Shown piece after piece: positions 1 to 10,500 of a stretch of 64,000 bases of DNA (position 1 is the stretch's first letter; each line of letters opens with the position of its first letter). The notes beneath the pieces are model-generated. The model saw only the letters and a program-made list of their open reading frames with translations, was not told where the DNA came from and did not search any database. Made by a program: the position numbers and the translations under genes. Location of the stretch: contig CM060734.1 in assembly GCA_030704615.1 (NCBI GenBank), positions 23,746,001 to 23,810,000 of the forward strand, written 5' to 3'. Source of the DNA: Takakia lepidozioides. Its lineage: Eukaryota > Plantae > Bryophyta.

Positions 1-302
1 TTGCCTTGAGGGCAGGGGGTCGAGACACGAGAGGGGCTACCCTTGTGGTGGGGGTGGTGGCAACAATAGATGCGGGGGCTGAAGCACCCTTGAGTGCCCA
101 AAGCACCCTTGAGTGCCCAAGGCACTCAAGGAGGCGGAGGCGCTCACTAGGTGGAGCCCCGCACACCGGGTTGCGGTGGGGGTGGTTCCACGAGGGGTGG
201 TGGTAGTTTAGCGGGACTTAGTGGGGGTGGCATAGGACTCACCATCCTCCACCCTCAACTAGTGCAGAGTAAGACACAGACTCGGAGGCTTCATCAACAT
301 GT

Positions 303-1599
303 GTGCAGTTTCATTCGCCATTGTTGTGGGACGACATGGAGGAGATGTATGGAGCTATCAAGGGGCCTCGTAGGTACTCTGGAGCTATGGGCACAATTGA
401 GTTGGATGACTTTATCCAGGAGTTCGACAGCTGGTGTGATTTTGTAGCAGATGCACAATCCACAGCTGTTCACCCCATTCATGGCGTGGAAGGGACTGTT
501 CCAGCATTTGGAAGGCCCGCCTATGGACGATTACCACGAGTTCAGGCGAGGACATGAAGCAGAGATTGAGGAGTGGAGGATGTATTGGTCACCTGACTAC
601 GTCTCCATTACTCGAGGCACGACGCGACCAATAGCTGCATCAGCACTAATATCTCCCACTGCCAGCACTAGTAATGGAACAAGTAGTGCCGGTACTTCTG
701 CAGGTGGTACCAGTTCAAAAGGTGCTATTACTCCTCCTGCCACGACTACAACACATGTGCCTAGATTCAACCCGGTGGTGGAGTTCTTCCAGGAGTTGCG
801 GAGGAACTACCAAGGTGTACGGACAGAGAAGCTGCGAAGTTTGCAAGACTTCCAGCGCAAACCCAGTGAGAGCCTGCGAGAGGCGTACACTCGTATGAGG
901 CGCTTGATAAGTGTGATCCAAGGGGTTATTGAAGCTCAGGCAATCCAGTTCTGGTATGGAATTTTGGACAAGGAGCTCAGGAGAAGGGTGCAGGATGCAA
1001 CCCTGTTACAAGCAGCCCAACCCACATTAGCAGATGTGTTTCTGCTGGCTGAGCGGATTGAGCTCAACATGGTGGAGGAGCGAGTTGTTACCATTGGATT
1101 TGGCAAAGACATGCCTGTACGAGGCGCAGCTGCCAGCCCACAGGCACAAGGGACTGCCCAACAGCGTGGTCAAGGGGGCAAGGTTTCCCAACCCAAATTT
1201 CATGGAGCTTACAGGGGACCTCAGGTGCAGAGGCCAGTAGCATCTTTTGCAAGCCAACAGCAACCAGGGGTAATATGTTGGACATGTGGAGGACCCCATG
1301 TCAAGAGAGATTGCCCAGAGAGTGGCAAAAGGCCGGCACAAGCACAGCCTGCACAGTTGCAGTGTGGGCATTGTGGCAAGTATGGGCATGGAGATGCCCA
1401 GTGTTATGACTTGCATCCTGAGTTGCGCCCAGGCCAGTTCCAAGGGAACAATGGTGGCCGGGGGCAAGCTGGACCAGCCCAGAGAGGACGAGGTGGCCGG
1501 GCACGAGGTGCAGGCCAAGGGCAAGCTCAACATGGCCAAGGACGCGGAGGTCAGGGTGTTGACCAAGGCATGGCCAACCGGCTTCAGCAGCTAGAGTAG
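303..1599 (+). pseudogene. Retrotransposon Gag with two CCHC zinc knuckles and a Gly/Arg/Gln-rich tail
   Basis: ORFs 303..557 and 451..1599 are joined by a frameshift near 441. Knuckles are CWTCGGPHVKRDC and CGHCGKYGHGDAQC; there is a capsid-like segment QRKPSESLREAYTRMRRL. A near-identical protein is encoded at 15801-16788. Confidence 0.9.
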
Positions 1600-2313
1600 A
1601 GGCTCGCTGCCATGGCTACACCTCAGGTGGTACCGGCTCCCCGACGGGATGGTCCACCTCTTGCTCCTGAGGGAGGAGATATGGGAGGCATGGGATTCAT
1701 GTGCGGAACAACACTACCACTAGAGCAGGTGGAGTCTGTTGCAGCCGTGACTCGAGGAGCAGCACGAGTTCCTCAGCCACGAGGTGCAGAGGTGGAGTTG
1801 GATCCACAGCATGGGGAGGCAAGCCGTCAGGCGAGGCTTCCTCAGTCATTCACATTGGCGGAGACAGTGTCGACGCCATCCATGGCACCTAGTTCTTGCC
1901 CGACTGTTACCGAGGCGGAGGTTACTATGCCATTGGGGAGAGCTACACGTGCATCACTGACACCTGCTACCAATGCTAGTGCAGCCGGTGTGTTATTGGG
2001 GGCAGCCACCTCTGTGTGTCAAGCCCTACTGTTCTCGGCAACCATGATTGCGACGCCGGGGGTAAGACCAGCTGCAGTGTTCAGACTAGCAGCAACACTC
2101 TGTGAGAGTGGGGAGGTCACTTCATCTTCTGCGGAGTTACAGGAAGGTGTAGTGGCAGAGGGATTCTCGGATTTGAGGGTCAAGACTGCCACGGCTGTGC
2201 CATGGCAAGCTGCAACTGCCAGGTTGACGGAGCTGCCAGCTAGGCCAGTCTTTGAGCGCACCATGGTGACACCTGGAGTTGTCTTGTTAGACAACTAGGA
2301 TGACATTTTCTCT

Positions 2314-2760
2314 TTGAGTGGACCGGCAGGCAAGAAGTACCGGCCCCTGCGGGTCTTGTTGGACTCGGGAGCTCAGTCATTGATGTTGGGCAGAGTTGCT
2401 ATTGCAGGTTTGGGCCTCATGGAGGCGGATATGGAGCCTTGTCCTTTCCAGATACAGACATCTCTGGGAGGATCAGAGCAGGCTCGGGGCATGACACGGC
2501 GTGAGTTGGCCATTAGACTGCAGCTGGATCATCCTATAGATGGCTCAGTGATGCGAGCCAAGGCCATTGTGACAGACACGGTCTCTTACGATGTCCTCGT
2601 TGGTGGGGCAGTGTTATATCCCATGGGCTTCACCCTGGACTTTTGGGAGGTGTCATCATCCTACAGGCCTGGATGGCAGTCAGGGGATAGTCGTCATGCA
2701 CAGCTCCCTGCGACATTCATTGGGGGTATTGCGGCTGCCCAGCGGGGCAAGATGCCAACA
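2314..2760 (+). pseudogene. Retroviral-type aspartic protease domain
   Basis: RVLLDSGAQSLM active-site motif and a downstream YDVLVG motif, in the same frame as Gag. Confidence 0.85.
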
Positions 2761-3074
2761 CTAGCCGCCTTTACAGCTGCAGTTAGTTGGCCTGGAAGTT
2801 GCTGGAAGGCAATGCCCATGCAGAGGATGTGCCACCTTCAGCAGAGCATGATGACATGCATGGTACGGCAAAGTTGTCTGCCATGGTTGCTCACACTCCA
2901 TTGTGGGGTACGAGCAAGGATTTGCAGCAGGCTGCTGATGGACGGGTGCAACAAGCCTGGGTAGAGGCCTTCGTACCATCAGGAGAAGATGAGAGTGCGG
3001 TGATTGCACCAGGACCACCTCAGTTGTCGCCATTGGATACCACACCTCTTGTGTGGCAGTGCCCGGATGAAGGC

Positions 3075-4040
3075 ATATGCCTTCTGGACTTGTTTGGCGG
3101 GATCAGCACTGGATTGGCTGCAGTACTGCAGGCAGGTGTATGAGTTCGACGTTACCTGTATGTAGAGAGGGATGAGACTGCACGACGCGTCTCACTACGC
3201 CGTGTTGCTTAGTTGGTACAGCAGTACCCTGATTTGTTGCCAGTGTCTGCAGTTCGTGGATACCAACAAGTCTTGCCAGCAGACATTTCGTTGCTGGGGG
3301 CGCAGGATTTGGAGCAGGTTGGCTCCATTGATCTGGTAGTGGCAGGTTGGCCCTGCCAAGGGCATTCATCAGCCGGGCATGGCAATGGATTGCGAGACTC
3401 AAGGACGGGTCTGTTTTGGGAGATGAGACTCAAGGACGGGTCTGTGCGGGTTTTGCGCCACTTGCAGCTTCATCAAGCTGTATCTCCAGCATACATCTTG
3501 GAGAATGTGCCACTGATGGGTGATTCTCGGGCCAGGGTGATGGCCAGTGTGCATCAAGTCCGGTTGTGGCTTGGGTCAGCAGTGTTGCTAGATGCAGCTG
3601 CAGTGGGGTCACGAGCTCATCGTCCACGGCTATGGTGGACTAACTTGATGCCACCCGCATTGCTCAAGCGTGCATTTGATGGGGTGCAGCGGCCAGCACA
3701 CCTCACAGTGGATAGCATTTTGGACACAGGGAGGCACTCTCAACGTGTGAGACACGATGACCGTTTGCGTTTGGCAGTGGTCAACAAGGTGGGTCAACCA
3801 CGAGCAGCATTACCTACACTGCTCAGCTTCCCAGGATCCCATGCTTTTTGGGATGGTGGACCTGGCCTCTTCTGGGATAGCCAGTTGCAACAATTAGTGG
3901 AGCCCAATGCTGACGAGCGCGAGCGGGCAATGGGTTTTACCACTGGTACCACGGCGGTGCCATCTTTTTCTGAGGCATCACGTCGTCAGGTGTTGGGGCA
4001 AGCAATGGATCTCAATTGCTTGACCTGGATTATCAGCTTG
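3075..4040 (+). pseudogene. DNA (cytosine-5)-methyltransferase domain, DNMT3-like, embedded in the retrotransposon Pol
   Basis: Motif I LLDLFGGISTG, II YVERD, III ADIS, IV IDLVVAGWPCQGHSSAG (catalytic Cys codon 3354-3356), V DSRTGLFWE, VI YILENV, VIII AHRPRLWWTN, IX/X ERERAMGF...RRQVLGQAMD. Two in-frame stops at 3141 and 3210. Confidence 0.92.
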
Positions 4041-4293
4041 GCTATGGCTGAGCAGCGCAGAGTACGGAGTACACTTCCCTTCATGGTCTCCCTGCCTACC
4101 GAGACGGTACAGGCAGCGAGTGGGGGCGAGCAGGTGAGGACCACGAGGTGCAGGCTGCATCCATGGCACACGTGGGAGGTGCTCGAGGTTCAGAAGGAGT
4201 TGGCAGCCAAGACGGCGGTGATGGATCAGGTTGGGGATTTTTCTCGGGTTGAGGAGGTCCTCAAGGATGGGATGATGGGGCAGGATGAGACAC

Positions 4294-5280
4294 GATCCGG
4301 ATATCACCAGTTGCCGATCAAGGAGGTGGATAAGCAGAAGACGGCATTCTGGGGGATCAATGAGCACGGGAAGGATTGCCTTTACCAGTGGCGGTTCTTA
4401 CCATTTGGGCTTAAAAACGCTCCGACAGAGTTTCAGAGAGTCATGGACAGGATTCTAGCATGGGTGGAGTTTGCTCGGTGCTACATAGATGACATCATCA
4501 TCTTTAGTGCTACGGTGGAGGAGCATGAGAGACACCTTCAGGGGGTATTTGAGCGGTTGAGGGCGCACGGATTGAAGTTATATCCGGGAAAGTGCAAGTT
4601 TTTCCACAACCAGATTGAGTATCTGGGTCACATGATATATCCTGGAGGATTGGGGGTACAGCAGACTAAGGTAGAGTCCATTGCACAGATTCCATGCCCC
4701 ACGGATGTGAGCCGAGTTCGAGCTTTCATGGGGTTAGCAAACTATGATAGATGGTTTGTTAAGGGATTTAGTGCCATTGCAAAGGCTCTAACCAAACTGA
4801 CCAAGGTGGACCAGGAGTGGCAGTGGGAAGATGAGCAAGAACAAGCTTTTCAAGAGCTCAAGGCAAGGTTGACCTCGGCGCCCATCTTGAGACGACCTAT
4901 CAGGGGGCGTCCTTTTCAGCTGCATACGGATTGGAGCATGCTAGGGCTTGGAGCGGTGCTCACACAGGTGGATGATGAGAAAAGAGAGTTCGCAGTGGCT
5001 TATGCTAGCCGCTCGAACAATGCTACCGAGACTAAGTATAGCTCATATGAGGGAGAATGCTTAGCTGCAGTGTGGGCTGTGGCACACTTCAGGTGCTCTA
5101 TACGGCAATCTCTTCACCCTTGTCACGGATCACCAACCACTCAAGTGGTTGATGGAGTCAGACAAGCTTACGGGGAAGCTTGCACGGTGGGCACTCATCC
5201 TTCAAGAATATAACTTTCAGGTTGTGCATTGACCGGGTTTGGTCAATCGCAATGCAGATGGGTTGAGTCGCAATCCATGC
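4294..5280 (+). pseudogene. Reverse transcriptase (N-terminal part missing) and RNase H
   Basis: RSGYHQL...KTAF...PFGLKNAP...YIDDII...KC.FF...YLGH; TDWSMLGLGAVL, YASRS, SSYEGECLA. Frameshift near 5097, then TDHQPL.WL...ARWAL.LQ...NADGLSR. Confidence 0.92.
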
Positions 5281-5622
5281 ACGAGCCAGCAGGATGACAC
5301 TGGAGCTCGGTGGCATGGTGAGATGGACGAGGAGATGGTGCCCGGATGGCATGCATCTGCATTTCTGTGTATCTTGGCAGCGGAAGGCCAGGTTGGACCT
5401 GCAATAGGGATAACTGTAGATCAAGTGTCTGAGGACCCTGAGGCCAGCAATGAGCAAGGTGGCCCCAAAGATATACATGAGGATTCAGTTGTGTTGGACT
5501 ACCTCCGCACTGGAGACACTGCAGCCACTATGACTGCCAAGGAGAGGGATCGGATCCTACAACGAGCCAAGAGGTTCAAGTGGGAGGGGACACACCTGCT
5601 CCAAGTGTGGGAGGATGGTTGA

Positions 5623-6660
5623 GTGAGGATTATGCCTCACCCAACACAGCGGGCACGGTTAGTGCGACATGCCCATGAGGAGTTGGGGCATTTTGGGGTG
5701 CGACGCACTCATAGTCTACACGGGCAGTATTGGTGGCGTGGTATGCACACAGAGGTGCAACAATTTGTGGCTAGGTGCATGGTGTGTGACAGGGTGCGTG
5801 CTTCATTCAACGCCCCTACTCCACAATTGCACCCTCTTCCGATTATGGGATTGGGCTACAGGTGGAGTCTTGACTTCGCAGGGCCGTTGTCACTGACCAT
5901 GCGCCACAACAAGTACATATTGGTGATGGTGGAACACTTCTCCAAGTGGATCGAGTTGGTTCCATTGCCTGATAAGGCTAGTGAGGGAGCCGCGTATGCA
6001 TTCTTGGATTATGTACTTAGCCGATTCAGTGCTCCAGCTGAGGTACTCACGGACCAAGGGAGAGAGTTCTTGGGGGAGTTTCAGGCTTTGTGTGACAAGG
6101 CCTTGATAGACCACAGCACCACTTCTCGGGATCATCCTGAGGCCAATGGCTTGGCAGAGAGAGTTGTTCAGACAGTAAAGAGGGGTTTGCGCAAGTATGG
6201 CTTGCAGAAGGGACACCTAGGAGATTGGGACCTTCAGTTACCATGGTTAGCCATGGGCTACAGGTTCAGCAAGCAAGCATCATTTGCCTCCTTCTCACCA
6301 TACTTTCTTCTCTTTGGCCGAGAGCCGGATTTTCCTACATCCATTCGTAGAGAAGCTGCTACAATTCTTAACCTTGACGATCCGGACGTGTGGGCACGTG
6401 CATGTGAGCAGCGTGCAGAGTTGTTCAAGAAAGTCATGCCCATGGCTTTCGAGAACCTTGCCATTGCACAACATCATGATACGTTGAGGTATGCTACCAT
6501 ACGTGGTGGGGGTTATCGTCCTGGGGTTCGGAGATTCAACCCTGGTGACTATGTCTATCTGCAGCAGACTGCTCCTACGACCTTGGATGTGGCTGCAGGA
6601 CGTGTTATTTTGAGGGTTCGAGAGGTCTTGCCCTCAGGCGTCTTGATCTTGGAGGGTCGG
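5623..6660 (+). pseudogene. Retrotransposon integrase (HHCC zinc finger, DDE core, C-terminal SH3-like part)
   Basis: AHEELGHFG...CMVC; WSLDFAGP; VLTDQGREF; HPEANGLAER; SPYFLLFGR; RRFNPGDYVYL. Confidence 0.93.
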
Positions 6661-7507
6661 GCGAGCCTGGCAGTCCTGAAAAAGGGCAAAGAGGTCCATG
6701 GTGACATCATCAAAGCTGGAATTGGACCAGATGTCATTGCAAACAATACCCTGGTGGACATGTATGCCAAATGTGGCAGCATCGAAGCTGCGAAGGGAGG
6801 GTTTGACAACATGGCTGAACGAGATGTTGTATCATGGAACACGCTAATCACAGGATATGGCCAGCATGTGTGCAAGATGAGGGCATTGGAGACATATGAG
6901 CAAATGTCACGGGGAAGGGGTGCAGCCCGACCGGGTCACGTTCATTTGTGTTTGCAATGCATGTGCAAACCTAGAAGCCATGAAAACCTGGAGACCTGGT
7001 AAAGGGCAAAGAGATCCATCGTGACATCGTCAAAGCTGGAACTGTACCAGATGTCATTCTGAACAATACCCTCGTGGACATGTATGCCAAACATGGGAGC
7101 ATTGAAGATGCAAAGGGAGTGTTCAACAATATGGCTGAGCGAAATGTGGTGTCGTGGAACGTGATGATCGCAGGACATGCACAAAAAAGGGCGGGGATTG
7201 GAGGCTTTGGAGACCTATGAGCAAATGATGTGGGAGGGGGTGAAGCCCGACCACATTACGTTTGTTTGCGTTTGCAATGCATGCGAGCCTACTGGAGAAG
7301 GGCAAAGAGGTCCATGGTTGCATCGTCAAAGCTGGAATTGTGGCAGATGTCATTCTGAACAATACCCTTGTGGACATGTATGCCAAGCTTAAAGAGACAT
7401 TGGAGACATATTAGCAAATGTCGAGGAAGGGGTGCAGCCTAACCGGGTCACGTTCATTTGTGTTTGCAATGCATGTGCAAACCTGGCAGCCCTGGAAAAG
7501 GGCAAAG
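6661..7507 (+). pseudogene. Degenerate PLS-class PPR motifs (gene fragment)
   Basis: GKEVHGDIIKAG...NTLVDMYAKCGSIEAA...FDNMAERDVVSWNTLI.GY motifs, repeated with frameshifts. Confidence 0.9.
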
Positions 7508-7508
7508 G

Positions 7509-10500
7509 ATGGAGGAGCCCTGCTCAGCTGCACCGTGTTGGTTCTCACAGACCAATCCGACATTACCTGACTACAGACACAAGCAACACACACAAGAGGT
7601 CCTTCTGGGTTGATGGTCAGTCAAATCCTCCATGGGCCATGACACAAGGTCGAGGACAATGTGGTGAGGGCACCTTCTTCTTCAACCTATTTCAGCCTGT
7701 TTTTCCCTCTCATCAGACTCGGCCCTGAGACGCATATTGAATTTTGTAAGTTAGCTCGTTGGCTTCTGAAAGAGGATCAAGAGAGGGAGTCCATAATGCC
7801 TCTTCTGGCTCTTCTGGGCATGTGAATATGTTTTGTGAGGCAGGCAGACTGAAAGAGGCTCTACAGACTTTAACCAAGGAGCATTTCAGCAGATTCAGAT
7901 ATGTGTGTATGTCTCTTGCTTAAGTGCATCAAGATGAAAGGTCTGGAAGCTGGAAAGAAGGTGCACACCCACATTATCCAAAGTGGATTCACGCCAAGTG
8001 TTTTTCTCCTCAACACCCTTGTCAACATATATGTTAAGTGCGGGAGCATCATGAATGCTCACCGAGTGTTCAATGGAATGCCTCAACAATCTTTGATCAT
8101 GTGGAATACAATGTTGGCAGGATTTACAAAGCATGGGTGTGGTAGGAATGCTTTGGAGACATACGAGCGAATGCTGCGCGAAGTGGTGAAGCCCAACCAC
8201 ATCACGCGATCACATTTGTTTGTGTTTGCAATGTGTGTGCAAACCTGGGAGCCCTGGAAAAGGGGAAAGAGGTCCATAGTGAATCGTCAAAGCTGGAATT
8301 GTATCATATGTCATTCTGAGGACTGCCCTGGTGGACATGTATGCCAAATGTGGGTGCATCAAGGATGCAAAGGCAGTGGTCAACAATATGGCTGAATGAA
8401 ATGTTGTATCGTGGAGTGCAATAATTGCTGGATATGCACAGCAGGCTTTGGAGACCTATGAGCAAATGATGGGGGAAGGGGTGAAGCCCGGCCACATCAA
8501 GTTTGTGTGCATTTGTTGAGCAAGCCTGGCAGCCCTGGAGAAGGGCAAAGAGGTGCATGGGGATATCATCAAAGCTGGAATTGTACCAAATGTCATTCTG
8601 AACACTGCCCTGGCAGCTCTGGAAAAGGGGAAGGAGGTACATGGCGACATCTTCAGAGCTGGGATTTTACCAAATGTCATTCTAAACAAGACCCTGGTGG
8701 ACAAGTTTGCAAAATGTGGGTGCATCGAGGATGCAAAGGGAGTGTTCAACACTATGGCTGAACGAGATGTGGTGTCGTGGAGTGTGATGCTTGCAGGGTA
8801 TGCACAGCAGGATCACGTGGGATGGAGGCTTTGGAGACCTATGATCAGATGATGGGGGAAGGGGTGAAGCCTAGCCACATCATGTTTGTGTGCATTTGCA
8901 ATGCTTGAGCAAGCTTGGCAGCCCTGGAGAAGGGCAAAGAGGTGCATGGGGATATCATCCAAGCTGGAATTGTACCAAATGTCATTCTGAACACTGCCCT
9001 GGCAGCTCTGGAAAAGGGGAAAGAGGTACATGGCGACATCTTCAGAGCTGGAATTTTATCAAATGTCATTGTGAACAAGACCTTGGTGGACAGGTTTGCA
9101 AAATGTGGGTGCATTGAGGATGCATAGGGAGTGGTCAACACTATGGCTGAACGAGATGGGTGTCGTGGAGTGTGATGCTTGCAGGGTATGCACAGCAAGG
9201 ACGTGGGATGGAGGCTTTGGAGACCTATGATCATATGATGGGGGAAGGGGTGAAGCCTGGCCACATCATGTTTGTGTGCATTTGCAATGCTTGAAGCAAG
9301 CCTAGCAGCCCTGGAGAAGGGCAAAGAGGTGCATGGGGATATCATCAAAGCTGGAATTGTACCAAATGTCATTCTGAACACTGTCCTGGCAGCTCTGGAA
9401 AAGGGGAAAGAGGTACATGGCGACATCTTCAGAGCTGGAATTTTACCAAATGTCATTCTGAACAAGACCCTGGTGGACAGGTTTGCAAAATGTGGGTGCA
9501 TCGAGGATGCAAAGGGAGTGTTCATGACACTCTGGCTGAACGAGATAGAGTGTCATGGAGTGTGATGCTTGCAGGGTATGCAGAGCAGGGACGTGGGATG
9601 GAGGCTTTGGAGACCTATGATCAGATGATGGGGGAAGGGGTGAGGCCTGGCCACATCATGTTTGTGTGCATTTGCAATGCTTGAGCAAGCTTGGCAGCCC
9701 TGGAGAAGGGCAAAGAGGTGCATGGGGATATCATCAAAGCTGGAATTGTACCAAATGTCATTCTGAACACTGCCCTGGCAGGTCTGGAAAAAGGGAAAGA
9801 GGTACATGGCGACATCTTCAGAGCTGGAATTTTACCAAATGTCATTGTGAACAAGACCCTGGTTGACAGGTTTGCAAAATGTGGGTGCATCGAGGATGCA
9901 AAGGGAGTGTTCAACACTATGGCTGAACGAGATGTGGTGTCGTGGAGTGTGATGCTTGCAGTATATGCACAGCAGGGACGTGGGATGGAGGCTTTGGAGA
10001 CCTATGAGCGAATGATGGGGAAAGCACATCATGTTTATGTGCATTTGCAATGCTTGTGCAAGCTTGGCAGCCCTGGAGAAGGGCAAAGAGGTGCATGGGG
10101 ATATCATCAAAGCTGGAAATGTACCAGATGTCAATCTGAACACTACCCTGGCAGCTCTGGAAAAGGGGAAAGAGGTGCATGGCGTCATCTTCAGAGCTGG
10201 AATTGTACTAGATGTCATTCTGAACAATACCCTGGTGGACATGTTTGCAAAATGTGGGTGCATCTAGGATGCAAAGGGAGTGTTCGACATTATGGCTGAA
10301 CGAGATGTGGGGTCTTGGAGTGCGATGCTTGTAGGGTATGCACAGCAGGGACGTGGCATGGAGGCTTTGGAGACCTATGAGCAAATGATGGGGGAGGTAC
10401 AACACGTTTGTGTGCATTTGCAATGCTTGTGCAAGCCTGGCAGCCCTGGAGAAGGGCAAAAGAGGTGCATGGGGATATCATCAAAGCTGGAATTGTACCA

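Larger units (their letters stand above)
1..6660 (+). mobile_element. Degenerate Ty3/Gypsy LTR retrotransposon, internal region (Gag-PR-DNMT-RT-RNaseH-INT); 5' end outside the window, 3' end truncated, no LTR seen
   Basis: Consecutive ORFs give a Gag with two CCHC knuckles, an aspartic protease (LLDSGA), C5-MTase motifs, RT (SGYHQ, PFGLKNAP, YIDD), RNase H (TDWS, YASR, YEGE) and integrase, in Gypsy order (INT after RH). Interrupted by stops and frameshifts. Confidence 0.95.

Noticed and set aside
3075-4040. Host DNMT3/DRM gene or bacterial restriction-modification MTase
   Set aside because: It is intronless, fused in frame to RT, has unpermuted motif order (unlike DRM) and has no partner endonuclease. 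It reads as a TE domain.
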